Shown: positions 1 to 13,297 of the stretch, in pieces
Numbering within the stretch: position 1 is the first letter of the stretch
How the letters are laid out: every line of letters begins with the position of its first letter
Origin: Scenedesmus sp. PABB004
Lineage: Eukaryota
Direction: 5' to 3'
NCBI GenBank assembly: GCA_014905635.1
Contig: JABVCE010000022.1
Coordinates: 186,001 to 250,000 of the forward strand
DNA: 64,000 bases
Translations under genes and position numbers: made by a program
Notes under the pieces: model-generated
What the model saw: only the letters and a program-made list of their open reading frames with translations
What the model was told of the DNA's origin: nothing
Databases searched by the model: none

Positions 1-1460
1 GCGCGGCGGCGCCGCCGCCGCCCAGCACGCGCCCCCGGCCCAGCGCGCCCCAGTATGCGCCAGGCGCCTGCTGCTCCTGCTCCTGCTCCTGCTGCTCCTC
101 CCGCTGCTCCCCTCGCTGCTGCTGCCCGCGCTCGCGGTCGCCCGACTGCCCCTCGCCCTGCCGCTGCCGGTCCGGCTTAAAAAAGGTGGCGATGCTGGGC
201 GTGCCGGGCGGCGCGGCGCGCCTGGCGCGCTTGCCGCCGCCCGCCCCCGCGCTGCCCCCGCTGCCCCCCGCACCGGCCGGCTTGTCCGGCTCGGCAATCT
301 TCACCCACTCGCCGCCGCAGTGCCGCGCGTGCGCGTGGAAGCCGCAGCGCGCGTCGCCGCAGTACGCGCCGGGCGCGCCCGCGGCGACCGCGGCGGCGGC
401 GCCCGCCTTGGTGTACGCCCTGCGCGGCGGCGCGCGCGGGGCGGCGCCCCCGCTCGGCGCGGGCCCGGCACGCACGCCAGCGTGCAGCGAGGAGCGAGTG
501 CGCGCGCGCGTGCGCGCCTGCAGTCGGCCTCCTGCGGGCGCCGGTTGGTCGCGCGGCGCAGCTCGTCGCCGCAGCGCGCGCAGCGCCAGACGTGCGTGCG
601 GTACGCGGCGACCTCGGCAAGCATGGTGTGGCACACGCTCACGTTGTAGCCGCCCGGCGGCCGCTGCGCCGGGGCGGGCCAGGGCGGCGCGGGCGCGGGC
701 GCGCTCGCAGCGCGCGGCGGCGGCGCCGGCGGCGCGCGGCACCGCGGCGTGCAGCTCTGCGGCGTGTGGCTGCGCGGCGCGCGGCTCCGCGGCGCGCCTC
801 GTGGTCGGGGCACGTCGCGGCGTTGATGGCGTGCATTGCCGCCTGGAAGCGCGGCCCGTGGTCGCCGTCGGCCGCGTGGTCGCCGGACAGGAAGAGGCGC
901 GCGTGGATCATCTCATGCAGCAACGTGTCCTTCAGGTCGCGCAGCGGCCTGGCGGCGAGGGCGGCGCGGCGCACGGGCGGCGCGGGCGGCGTGGGCGGCG
1001 CGGGCGGCAGAGCGCGCCCCGCGGCCGCGGCGCGCGGTGGCGCACCGGAACTTGATCAGCGGCTCGGACAGCCGGATGCGGCACCCCGCGCCGGGCGCGA
1101 AGGAGCACTGCCCCGCGCAGCTGCGCGCGGCGGCGGGCGCGCGGCGCAGCGGTCGGCGCGGCGCTCGCGCGCGCGGGGCCTGGGGCCAAGCGCCGCCCTC
1201 GCGGCTGCGCGGCTGGGTGCGGCGCGGCGGACGTTGCCGCACAGCGTCATGCGGCGGCTCGACCACTCCACGCTGCAGGCGCCGAGCGCGCGGTTGAAGT
1301 AGACGGCGTCGTAGTGCTGGAACAGGGCGTGCAGCGAGAAGCCCTCCACCGCGTGCGCCTCGCTCTCCTCGCCCAGCCCCGGCTGCGTGCAGCGGCGCCA
1401 TGCGCATGGGCCCTCCTCGCCCTGCCCCGGCGGCGGCGCTGCGTGCGGCGGCGCCGCCAT
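1..1460 (-). CDS. SPRTN: SprT-like DNA-dependent metalloprotease (Spartan family); 3' end runs off the window start
   Basis: Spliced exons read LFQHYDAVYFNRALGACSVEWSSRRMTL|CAGQCSF...IRLSEPLIKF|RPLRDLKDTLLHEMIHARLFL...HGPRFQAAMHAIN|...HVWRCARCG...HARHCGGEWVKIAEP: HExxH motif plus SprT zinc ribbon. ATG at 1460 is tentative. Confidence 0.9.
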
Positions 1461-1876
1461 GCGGCGGTGGGCGGCCGTCGGTCGTGCGCAGAGGAGCGGC
1501 GATGTGGGGGCGGCGCTGTGGGGGCGATGTGGGGCCGGCGGGTGGCGCGGCCGGTGCAGGTGGCAGCTGGGCCGCGTCGTTTGCGTGTCGCGTGCGGTTG
1601 AGCGGAGCGCTCGATGCACCGGGGCGGCGTCCGGCCGCGCCTCCATTCTCTTCTGCTGCCACACCATCAACACCATCACCACCAGCCCGCCGGCCCTCGC
1701 ACACTGTGCCGGGCGCCGCAGCAGCAGACGCCGCGCAGCAGCGGCGGCAGCAGCAGCAGCCGCTGGCGTCCGCCCTGCTGGTCGCTTCGTCGCACACCGC
1801 TCCGTAGCGACCTCCGGACACGCCGGCCCCGTGCTCGCAGCGCTCACCGCGCGGGCAGCAGCAGATCGCTGGGCGA

Positions 1877-3138
1877 ATGGCCGGGCCCGCGCGGGCGCTG
1901 GCGCGAGGTGGGCGGGCCCGCGCGTGGCCAACCGCGCGCCGCCGGCGCGCCCGCTCACGCGCCCCCGTTGCCGCGCACCAGGCCTGCTGGCCGTCGCCAC
2001 GCGGAGCAGCAGCGGCGGCAGCGCGGCAGCTGCGGCGGCTGCGGCGCAGCAGCAGTGGCCGAGCGTGCTGAGGTGCGGGGCTGCTGGCCGACCCGCCCGC
2101 GCCGCCGCTCGCGCGCGCCAGCTCACGCCGCCGCCGCTCGTGCCGCTCGCGCGCCGCCGCCGCAGCCCGCTCGTGCACTCGGGCGGCGGGCGCGGCTTTG
2201 CCGCGCTCGCGGCGGCCGCCGGCGCGGCGCAGCGCTGCCACGCGGCGCTGCCGCGCCTGCTGCAGCAGCCGCCGCGCGGCGCGTCGGCGCCGCCGCCGCT
2301 GCCCGGCCTCGCGGCGGCGCGGCCGGCGCTGCTCGGGTGCGCCCCGCCAGCAGCGGCGCCGGCGGGGCAGGCTGTGCGGTGCTTTGTGCTGATGCCGCGC
2401 CGGGTCAAGTACCGCAAGGCCCACAAGAGCGTGGGCTTCAACGAGACCATCTGCCCCAACACGCGGCAGCTCGCGTTTGGCCTGTACGGCGTGCGCGCGA
2501 TGGAGCACTGCCGCATGCCGGCGCGCACGATCGAGGCCGCGCGGTGCGCCGCGCCGCGCGCGCGCCGCTGCCCCACGCGCGCCGCGCTGCTGCCCATGCG
2601 CGGCGCCCGCGTCGAGCTAACCCAGCCCCGCCGCCGCGTCGTCGGCCCTGCAGGCGCACGCTGCGGCGGCAGATCAAAAAGACGGCGATGCTGTGGATCC
2701 GCATCACGCCAAATGTGCCCGTCACGAGCAAGCCCGCCGAGGTCCGGCCCCGCGGCGGCGGGCGTCGCCGCGGCCGCGGCCGCGCGCACGACGCGGCGCA
2801 GCGGCCAGCGCGCCGCTGCCCCCTCCCTCTCACACCCACTCGCACCCGCACGCCCACACCCACGTGACCCCAGGTCCGCATGGGCAAGGGCAAGGGCACG
2901 CTCGACTACTGGGCCGCGCCCGTGCGCCCCGGGCAGATACTGTTTGAGATGGACCGCGTCTCCCGCGCCGACGCGCTCGCGGCGCTGCGCAGCATTCAGG
3001 CCAAGGTGCGTGCGCTGGCGCCAAAGCGCGGCGGGGGCCGGTTCTCACAGAGTCGGGCGTTGGCGGCGGCGCGACCGCCGCCTGCCTGCCCGCGCCCCGC
3101 AGATGCCCATCAAGCTCGGCTTCGTCGAGTGGAGCTGA
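1877..3138 (+). CDS. MRPL16: Nuclear-encoded mitochondrial ribosomal protein uL16m, 6 exons
   Basis: [12 protein letters not shown]...[10 protein letters not shown]...[53 protein letters not shown]. The RMGKGKG L16 signature follows a long Ala/Arg-rich presequence. Confidence 0.92.
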
Positions 3139-4127
3139 GCCGGGGCGGCCGCAGCCGAGCGCGGCGCGGCGCGCGCGGCGCAGGTGCGGCGCGGGCGCGG
3201 GGGGTGCGCGCGCGGCTGTGCGTTTGTGTGCCTGTGAGCGTGTGTGCGTGTGTGAGCGTCGCGCGCAGGTAGCTCGCTCCCTGGGCGGGATGGCCATTAG
3301 TAAAAGGTCTGAGCGGCAGCGGGCGCCGCGCGCGCCCGCCGCCGCCGGCCCCCGCGGCGCTGCCCCTTGCAACACCCGGCGCGCGTCGGCGAGGCCCCCG
3401 GCGCCCGCGCTGTCGCAAGTGCAAGGACATACACACCACCCCGTGGCGGGCGCGTTGCGCTAGCGGGCGGGCCGCGCCGAGCCCAGCGGCCCGCCCTGCG
3501 CGCTCCCGGCCGACAGTGAGCTGCAGCGCCGCACGCGGGGGCGCGGCGGCGGCGGGCCGCGCGGCGCCGTGAGCCTGCCAGCGCCGTGACGACCGCATGA
3601 GCTGATCCAGGGAGCGGCGGTGCTGTTGCTTGGTGCTGCTGTTGTTGCTCGTTGCTGCCTGCCGGCGTGGGCGCGCGCGCTGACCGCCCCCGCCCCCGCG
3701 CTGACTGACGCACGTGCCGCCGGCGCCCCGCCCGCTTGCTGCCGCGCAGGGACCTTGGACGGCGGGGTAGCTGAGCGAGCGAGCGAGCCTGCAGTGGGAG
3801 GGCCGAGTCGCAGCGGGCCTGGTCGGCGCTGGGTCGCTGCGCAGCCGCAGCCGTGTGACGCCCCGCACGAGCGCTGGACGCGTTGCCAGCAGCAGCCGGC
3901 CGCAAGGCACGCCACTCGGGTCCCGCCCCGCCGAATGAGCCAGTGCCGCCCGTTCCGCAGTGCCGCCGCGCGCGCCGGTGCGCGCCCGCTCGCTCGCGTG
4001 CCGGGGGTTGGGTCGAGCAACCGCGCCGGCCCCACGCCAACGCGCGCCGGCGCCGCGCGGGGCAATGAAATGCGGGGGGCGCCTGCGCCCGCGCCGCTCG
4101 GAGCCCGCCGCCGCGGCGCTCGCCGCG

Positions 4128-7100
4128 TCACGGCTCCGAGCCGCACGCGCTGCTCCCGTCCTGCGAGTCGCGGTCGTCGCCGATCGCCGGCGCGGCCGCG
4201 GGCGCGGCCGCCGCCTGCAGCGCCGCCGCGGCCGCGCGCCCCGCCGCGGTGCTCGGCCTGCTGCCGCCCGCGGGCTCCTCCGCCACGGCGCCGCCGCCGC
4301 CGCCGCCGGGCGCGGACAGCGCGGCGGGCGAGTCGCAGCGGCGGTTGTCAATTTCGGCGAGGTCCGCCGCCGCCTTGGCCTCGGCGGTCGCGAGGCCGGC
4401 CTGCTCCTTCCAGTAGTCGACCTGCTTGCGCAGCCTGCGGCGCGGCGGCGCGGCGGCGCTGTGGCGCGGCGGCGCGAGTGCGCGGGCGCGCAGGCACGCC
4501 GGCGAGGCGCCGCCGGCTGCTGCCCCGCGCGCCGCAGCGCCGCCGCTGCCCGGCCCCCCGCCTGCCCCCCGGCGCGCGCACCGCAGGACCTCCTTGTTCG
4601 CCTCGTCGCGCGCGGCGCTGTTCTTGATCGTGCGCACGCGCGTCGCGTAGACGAGCGAGTTGGCCGACTCGTCGAGGTTTGCGTCGGTGGGCGAGACGTT
4701 GACAAACATCAGCGCCTTGGCGTTGCCGCCGAGGCAGTCGCTCATGAGCATGGTGAGCTTGTGGTTCCTGGGGGGTGGGGGGGTGGTGGGCGGCGGGGGG
4801 AGTGGTGTGAGTGAGGGTGAGGGAGAGGGAGAGAGAGGGAGAGAGAGAGAGAGGGAGAGGGAGAGAGAGGGAGAGAGAGAGAGAGAGAGGGAGAGGGAGA
4901 GAGAGGGAGAGAGAGGGAGAGAGGTGTGCGCAGGCGTGCGCCAAGCGCGCGGCGCCCTGCGCGCGGCGCAGGGCGCGGCGGCGCGCGCCTGTAGGGGATG
5001 TGGGGCTGCTCCGCCGCGAGCGCGCTGATGACGTCGCCGAGCGCGGAGAGGCTCTTGTTGATCGCCTGCGCCTCCTTGAGGCACTCGCCGGTGCTGCCGC
5101 TCTTCTTCACGCTGCGCATGGGTGGGTGTGGGCGTGTGCGGGCGCGTGGGCGGGCGGGTGCGTGGGCGGGCGCGGGTGGGAGCGCAGGGCCACGGCCCGC
5201 CAGGCCCCCCAGCCGCTGGCGCCCGCGCCGCGCCAGCCGCCGCGCCGCCGCCCCGCCGCCGCGCAGCCCAGCTGCTCAGCTGCCCGCGCGCTGCCCAGCT
5301 GCCGCCGCGCGTCCGGCCGCACCGCTCGCTGCCTGCGAGGTCGACGAAGGAGAGCTTGCCCCGCGTGACGGCCTGGCTCTGCAGGTTGACGCCCTCGAGC
5401 AGGCAGCTGATGACGAGGTGGCTGCGGCTGCTCTCCCGGTTCATCGCGGTGCTGCTCGTGTGCCGCCGCGCGAGGCCCTGCGACGCGCGGCGCGGCGCGG
5501 CGCGGCGCGGCGCGGCCGTGCTGGGTGTGTGCGGGCGCGAGCGCAAGGGACGGCCGCCGCCGGCGGCCGAGGCCGGCGCGGCGCGGGCGGCGGCGGCGCG
5601 GCGCGCGCCTGCTCGACCGCGGCGAGGAGCTGCGCCGCGCTGGAGACGTGCAGGTCGGTCGCGCCCGCGACCGTGACGACGCCCTTGGGGTCGCGCTTGA
5701 TCTCGAGCCGCGGCGCCTCGGGGGCGCGCGGCCCGCGCGGCGCGCGGCCCGCCGGCTCCGGCAGCAGCAGGTCCATGAGCGTGTCCTGCGGCGCGGCGGC
5801 GGCGGCGGCGGCGTGAGTGAGTGTGTGAGTTTGTGTGTTTGTTTGTGCGTGCGTGTGCGTGTTGGCCAGGGCGCCCGTCAACCCCCGGCCCAGCCACGCC
5901 CCCGCCCCTGCCCGCCGCCGCACCTGGTACAGCTCCAGCATCTGCAGGCGCACGCTGTAGCTCGCCTTGCCCGCGTCGGCCTCGATCAGGCCGAACAGCT
6001 CGCCCACGCCGCGCGGCGTCAGCCCCGGCGCCGCCGGCGTGCCGTAGATTGTGTGGGTCTTGCCGCTGCACGCGGCGGCGCGTGGGCGGCGAGGCGGGCG
6101 CGGCGGGCGCGGGCGGTGAGGAGGGGCGAGGCGCGCGCGGGTGGTGAGGAGGGGCGCGGCACGGCGAGGCGGGCGAGGCGAGCGGCGCGGCGCGCGGGCT
6201 GCGAGCGCGGTGCGCGCGGCGCGGCGCGGTGCGAGCGAGGCGGCGGCGCGGCGCGGCGCGTGCGCGCGCTTGCCTGCCGGTCTGGCCGTAGGCGAAGACG
6301 CAGACGTTATAGCCGTCGAGGGCGGAGCGCATGAGGTGCCGCGCCTCGGCAAAGACCTCGTCCTGCGGCGGGCACGGGCACACGCGCGCGCGGCGGTGGG
6401 GGGCGGCCGTGTGCGAGCGTGGCACGGCGCGCTGCCCCGCCCAGCAACCAGCCCGCCCGCCCGCCCAGCAACCAGCAACCAGCCCTCCCGGCCCGCGCGC
6501 ACCTGGCCGGCCTGCGGGCCGAACACGGCGTCAAAGTCGTACTCCCGGGGCTTCTTCTCGTCCTTCCACGCGTGGGCCACGGTCAGCTCGTTGGGCACGG
6601 AGATCGCGGGCACCTGGGGTAGGGGGGGGGGGGGGGGGGGGCGCGGGGCGCGGCGGCGGGGCTCGGACGGGGCTGGGCGCGGCGCGGGCAGAGCCGCAGA
6701 GCCACCCGGGGAGGGGGGGGGGGGGGGCACAAGGCGAGGCACGCGAGCGGCTCGACACCCACGCGGCCCGCGCCTGCTTCTTGGCGGCCTCAAAGTCCAG
6801 CATCGGCCGCAGGCGGCAGTAGACCCGGATCTTGCCCTTGGCGTCCTGCGTGAGCGGCGTTTGGCGGCGGTTCAGCCGCACCGGTGCCCAAGGGATCCAA
6901 GGACGCGGCGGCGCGGCCTCCGCGGCGCTGCGCCCGCCGCCGCCGGGTGGCGCGCGGGGTCACCTGCAGCGCGTTGTGCGCGCGCTTGCGCGCCACCACC
7001 TCCTCGCGGTACAGGCGGTCCAGCTCCTCCAGCCGCCGCGCCTGGCAGGCGGCGCGTGTGCAGCGGCGGCGCGTGGGCGGGCTGCCGCGGCGGCAGCCCC

Positions 7101-10100
7101 CCCCCCTCCCCAAAGAACACAGGCGCAGCCCCCGCGCTGCAGCGCCCACCTGGTTCTCAATGATTGCCGCCTGCTGCCGCTCCTTGCGCTCCACGTCGCG
7201 CTTCAGCTCGCGCAGCTCCTCCAGCTCCGCCGCCTCGGCGCGCGCCTGCGGGCGCGGCGCGCGCGGCTCAGCGCAGGCGCGCCGGCGCCGCAGCTCCGCC
7301 CCACCTCCTCCCGCCGCGCCGCCGCCGCCCTCCGCGCGCCCCCGGCACGGCGCCCGCGCGCCGCGCGCGCGGCCTCACCGCCTGCACCTCGCCGCGCAGC
7401 TCCTCGAGCTGCGCCGCGCTGTGCGCCGCCGCCTCCATGAGCTCGGCCAGCCGCTCGCTGCGCGCCTTGAGCTGCCCCCGCAGCTCCGCCGCGCTCGCCT
7501 CGTACGCGTCGCGCAGCTCTGCGGCGGCGGCGCGCGCCGGCGGCGGTGAGCGGCGGACGGCGGGCGGCTGCGCAGCGCCGCCGCCCACCCCAGGCACGCA
7601 GCCCGCCCGCAGCGGCCGCCGTGCCGCGCAGCTGCCGCCCCGTCCCTCTCAACCCCCGCAAGGCCTCGCGCTCTCTCTCACCCTTGGCCTCGCTCTCCTT
7701 GCTGCGCTCGAGGCGGGTGACCTTGCGCTCCAGCAGGTCGCGCTCGGCGGCCGCGCCCTCGCACGCGCGCTGCGCGGCCGCGGTGCGCGCCTGCGCGGTG
7801 CGGCACGGCGCGGCGCGGCGGCACGGCGCGGCGGTGACGCGCCGCCAGCAGCGGGGCTCCCTGGGCGCGCCGAGGCCTGGGCTGGCCCGCCCGCGCCCGC
7901 GCCGCCGCCGCTGCCCACCTGCGCCTCCTCCAGCTCGCGGTGCTTCGCCTCCAGCAGCCCCTCCAGCTCCGCCAGCCGCGCGTACTCCACCTCGGCGCGC
8001 CCGCTGTGCTCGGTCGCGAGCGAGCTCGCCGCGGTCAGCGCCTGCGAGCGCGCGGCGCGCGGGCGGGGCGGAGCCGTGTGCGAGCGCCCGCGCGCGGGGC
8101 AGGCGCGCGCGTGCCGCGGCCGCGCCGGCTGCGCCGGCCGTCCTTGCTGCGCCGCCGCCGCCGCCCGCCGCAAGCACGACACGCACACTCTTCGTCATGT
8201 CCAGCTCGTTCCGCATCTCGCCCAGCTGCTGCTGCGCCGCCTGCAGCGCGTCCTGCAGCCCCGCGCGGCTCGCCGCCTCCCCCGCCATGAGCTCGCGCAG
8301 GTCGGCCAGCTCGCTCAGCAGCGCCTCGTTCTCAACGCTGCGCGCAGCGCGGCGCGGGCGGCGTGCAGAGCGCGGCGTCGGCCGCGGGGCGGCGGGCGCG
8401 TGCCGCGGCGGGGGCCGCCCTCGCCTCCCCGTCCCCAGGCCCCGTGCGCGCGCGCCGCGCACCGCGCCGCGCCCTCCGCCTGCTGCGCCGCCGCGAGCGC
8501 GGCCTCTGCGCGCTCCAGCTGCGCCGCCTGCTCCTTGAGGTGCTCCTCCATCTTGGCGCTGTACGCCGCGCTGCCGCCGCCGCCGGCGCCGCCGTCGCTG
8601 CTCGCGCGCGCGTCGCCCGCCGCCTTGACCTGCGCGGCGCGCGCGATACCCCGGGGGAGGAGGAGGGGGTGAGGCCCCCGCGACCCGCCGCCGCGACTGC
8701 CACCAGCCCCGCCGCCGCGCGGGCCGGCCGCGGCGCGCTGGCGGCAGAGAAAAGCAGCAACTACCCTCACGCTGCGTGACGGGCCAAAACTAACAAGAAA
8801 CCAGCTATCAAAATGACAACAAGCTAACAACACACGCGCGCCTTGGAGTATCGCTTCATCATGATGTCGTTGATGTGCGTCTGCAGCGCCATGCACACGT
8901 CCTCGCCCTGCCGCGTCTCAAACTGAAAGATGTGCAGCACGCCCGCGACGCGCATCTTGAAAAACACCGCCTGGCTGCTGCTCCCAAACTGCGGCGCCGC
9001 GGCGGCGCACGCGCGGCGGCGCGTGGCTGATCGTTGGTGCGGGCGCAGGGCTCGCCTGGCCGCGCTCGAGCGTGACTGCGGCGCCGCCGCCCCGCCGCCG
9101 CCGCCCCGCCGCCCGCCCCGCCGCCACAGCGCCGCGCGGGCGGGCGTCCGCGCCTGCATGATGTCGCGCAGCTCCGCCGAGTGGAGGTACTCCTTGGGCA
9201 CGGGCCTGAAGAAGTGCACGCCGCGCTTGTTGATCCCCAGGATGAGCCGCGGCGGCAGCAGGCCGATCGGGTCCTCGATGCGCCGCACGGCAAAGAAGGT
9301 CGCGTTGCCGTACGGCAGCGTGCGCAGGATGCGCATGAACTGCGTGCGCGCGTCCTCCTTGCTGTGCTGGCACAGCGCCTTGTACCTGCGCGCGCGCGGG
9401 CGCGGGCGTGCGCGAGTGTGTGAGCGGGCGCGCGCGCGCGGGTGCGGCGGGGCTCGTGGGCAGCGCCGCGGGGGCGCAGCGCCGCGCGGCGCGCCGCGCG
9501 CCGCGCCGGCTCACCGCGCGCCGACGTCGGCGCGCCACTCGTCGCGCGGCGCGTCATGAGCACCTGCCGCGTGACGTAGCGCTCCACGCCCGCGAGCAGC
9601 GCGTCGGGGTCGGCCTCCAGCCCGGGGCCGTGCTCCGCGTGGATCTGCAGCGCCGCCATCTGCGCGGCGCGGTGGGCCGCGCGGGCCATGCGCCGCTCAG
9701 CGGTCAAACGTCGGTCAACAAACCGAAAAACTAATGACATAACAACATGACGTCACGCGCACCTGCGCCGCGTCCTCGCGCACGACGGGGTAGTTCCCCG
9801 CGAGGTAGTCGTGCTGCGCCTGGACGTAGCTGAGCGCGATGAACTGCGGCTCCGTGATCGCCTCGTCCGTCTCCCTGCAGCAAGAGAGGGGAGCGGGAGG
9901 GAGAGAGGGACGGAGAGGGGCGGGCGTGGGCGTGGGCGCGGGGGCGGGGCGCGGGACGCGGCCGGCGGCGCGCGCAAGCCCCCGCGCCCACGCCCACGCC
10001 CGCCCTCGCCGCCGCCCGCGCGTGCCCCGGCGCGCGCCTGAACATGCGCTTCTTGAACAGCAGCCGGCTCTGGCAGCCCTCGCGCGCGGCGCGCGGGTGG

Positions 10101-10800
10101 CGCAGCTCCGCGACGATGTCGGCGATGTACCTGGCGCGGCGCCGCCGGCGGCGGCGGCGAGCGCGGCGCGGGCCGGGTGAGCGCGGCGCGCTGCGCCGAC
10201 GTCCTCCCCTCCGCCGCCGCCGCCGCCGCCGCAACCGCGCGCCCAGCCCCTGCGCCACGGCGTCCCCGACCCCCACCGGTGCTCGTCGAGCAGCAGGTGC
10301 TCGTCCGGCAGCGCCTCGGGCGCGCCCGCCGCCTTGCCGCCGAGCGGGCGCAGCGCCTCATAGAGGGTGAAGGTGCCGTAGTTGGCCAGCCGGATGAGCC
10401 CCGCGAGCGCCTCCACCGCCTCGGCCACGCTCGTGGTGATGTCGTAGGCCACCTCCTCAAACGTCTCGTCCAGGAAGAACACCAGCGTGCTCAGCCGCCC
10501 GCCCGCGAGGTGCGCCGCGATCTCCTCGACGCTCGGCAGCTGCGCGGCGCCGCACGCGCGCGCGACGCGGCCGGCCGGCGCGTGGGCGCCCGCGCCGCGC
10601 GGCGGGCGGGCAGGCGGGCGGGCGCGCGGCTGTCGGCCGCGCGCGCCGCCCTGCGCCGCGCTCGCCGCGCTCACCGTGCGCCGCGGGCCGCACTTGGTGC
10701 TGCGCTTGAGCGCCGCCCACGTGGCCGCCGCCGCGGCCTTGGCCTCCTCCGCGTCGTCCATGTCCTGCGCCGCGCGGCGCGCGTCGGCTGCGCCGCCGCC

Positions 10801-10832
<32 letters not shown>

Positions 10833-12249
10833 CTGGCGCCGCCCCGCCTCGCCGCCCTGCGCCGCGCGCTGCCCGTTCCAAGCACCCCGCGTCGCACCCA
10901 CACGCCCCTGCACCGCGCGCCGCACCTGCACCGCGGAGTGCACGTACTCGCTAATGAGCGCGGTGAAGTCCTTGGACGGCGGCATCGCCGACGCGACGAG
11001 CCGGAACAGCCCCCACGCGCGCGCGCGGCTGCCGGGCGCCGGGTTGCCGCGCGTCTGCTTCACCAGCTGCATGTACAGCTCGTCGCGCAGCTCGGGGCGC
11101 TTCAGGCCCTGCGCGGCGCGCCGGGGGCAGGGTCGGGTGCCGCGCAGCCCCCGCCGCCGCGCGCCGCGTCGGCTGCCCGCCGCAGGCCCGTCCGTGTGTG
11201 GCCGGCGCGTCGCCGCCCGGCGCGCAGCACCTGGTGCAGCAGCTTCTGCGCCGTCTCGATCGCTGCGGCCTGGCCGAGCGGCTCGGCGCCGGGCGCGTCG
11301 CCGCAGTAGCGCAGTATGCCGGCAAACATCTTGACCGCGCGCCCCGCGTGCTCCGGCACCAGCCGCAGCAGCGACGTGGGGATGGGCTCCTGCGCGCGGG
11401 GCGCGGGCACGCGCGGGCTCGCCGCGGGCCGACCGCCGGCGCGCGCGCGCGGCGCCGCGGGCGGCGCGGGCGCGGACGCGGCGCGCACGTTGGACCACTG
11501 CAGCAGCTCGTCCGCCGAGAGCGGCGGCGCGCCGCCGCCGCTGCTGCCGCCGGGGCTGCGCGCCGGCGCGGCGGGGCTAGCGCCCGCGCCGAGGCTCGCG
11601 CGGCTGAGCATCATCTTGGACTTGAACAGCGCGGTCAGCTTGCCCGCGGTGCTCGTGCGCTGCAGCGCGCGGTTGAAGCTGTCCACCTGCGCGCCGGCGG
11701 CGCCGGCGGCGGCGGCGGCGGCGGAGCTCGGCCGCCGCGGCGGCCGACCCCGGCGCGCCGCGCGCCGCACGCCGCGACAGCGCCCGCCCACAAACCTGGA
11801 ACGACTCCTCGTGCCCCGACAGCGACTGCAGCCGCCGCGCGGGCTGGGGCGTGAGAAAGCCGGGCTCCGACTGCGGGCGCGGGCGCGTCGCGGCGGGCGA
11901 GCTTCGGCGTGCGCGCTACGCTGCCGCGCGGCTTGCGCAAGCCCCGCGGCGCGAGCAAACTCACGCCCTCAGCCTTGGCCCAGTCATGCTCCGGCGTCTC
12001 GGCCCGGTCGTCCTGCGGGCCGGGGCGGCGCGTCAGCGCGGCGCCGCGCGAGGCCGCCGCCGTGTCGCGCCGCGCAGCAGCAGCAGCACACGCGCGCGCG
12101 CCGCGCCGCGCCGCCCCGGGCCCCGCCGCGGCCTGCCGCTCGCCGCCGCGCGGCAGGATGACAGCGGCCCGCGGCAGCTGCCGCTCGGCCCCCCGCCCCG
12201 GCCTGGCGGGCGCCCGGCTCACCGGCATCGGGCTTGCCTCCACCGGCAT
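4128..12249 (-). CDS. KCBP: Kinesin-like calmodulin-binding protein (MyTH4-FERM-coiled coil-kinesin-14 motor), over 25 exons
   Basis: MyTH4 ([17 protein letters not shown]), FERM ([43 protein letters not shown]), motor ([46 protein letters not shown]) and CaM-binding tail ([13 protein letters not shown]). Start is tentative; apparent 1-bp frameshift near 9550. Confidence 0.95.
4810..4923. repeat. (GA/GGA)n purine microsatellite inside a KCBP intron
   Basis: gagggagaggga...gagagagaga run of about 110 bp within intron 4768-4988. Confidence 0.9.
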
Positions 12250-13297
12250 GCTGGTGCGACGCCCGCGGCGCCCCTGCTAGTCCCTGCGCCGCGGGCGCGC
12301 GACGGAGGCAAGCCTTAAGCGCGCGCGGGCTCTGGCCGGCACGCCGGGCCCGCCCGGCGCCGCTGGCGCCCGGTGCGGGCGCCGCTGCCCGGCTCGCGCA
12401 GCCCCGCGCCCCGCCCGCGCGCCCGCAGGGCGCAGCGCGCGTCCGTCGCGTCGGGAGCCCTCCCCTCCGCCTGCTCCCGGCGCACCAGCTCTCACGGAGC
12501 CGCCTGCCCGCCGGGAGGCGCCGCAACAGCTTTTTCGCTGCTGCTTCACCGCGCCGGCATGCGCGTCCCGCCGCCCGCTGTGCCCGGAGCGGCGAAGGGA
12601 GTCGCGATCGGCGCGCTGCGCACGCGCGCGCGGCCTGGGCGGCCACCTGGCGCCCGGGCGGGGCCGGCTGTCTCGACCCTTTTGAAAAAAGCGGCCGCGG
12701 GGGAGGACGCGGGTGTGGCGCGGGGGCCGGGGCGGCACGCGGATGGGCGGCGGCGCAGCGCCGCGGGCGCGCCGGGGCGGCGGCGGTGCAGCGGCCGCAG
12801 GTCAACGTCGCGCCGCGGCGGGCCGCGGCGCGCGCGCAGCGCGGGCCTGCCGGGACGCCGAGGGGTGCGGCCGCAGGGCGCCCTGATCTCCGGCGGCGCA
12901 GCGTGCGCCGCCGGGCGCCGCGCGCAGCCGCGCCGCGCGGCAGCGCGAGTCGCCGCTGCGCGCGCGCGCGCGCGCGCCCCGCGCGGGCGTGGCGCCAATT
13001 CCTGCAGTCAACCCTGCGGCCGCCGGCGGGCGCGCGGGCGGGGGCGTCGCTCAGCGGGGGCGGGCGCTTGACGCCGCCGCGACGCTCTGAGCCCCAACGA
13101 CGCGTCGCAGCCGCGCCGCCGCCGCCGCCGCCGCTATGAGAGCGCGCGCCCCCCGCTCCGCTCTCCAGCGCCGCCCCCGCCGGCCCGCGCCGCGCCACGG
13201 CAGCGCCCCGCGCGCCCACCGCCCCCGCTCCCTCGCTCGCCCGCGCGTGCGTGCGCCTCGGATCGCGTCGCCCGGGCCCTCCGCCGCGCGCCGTCGC

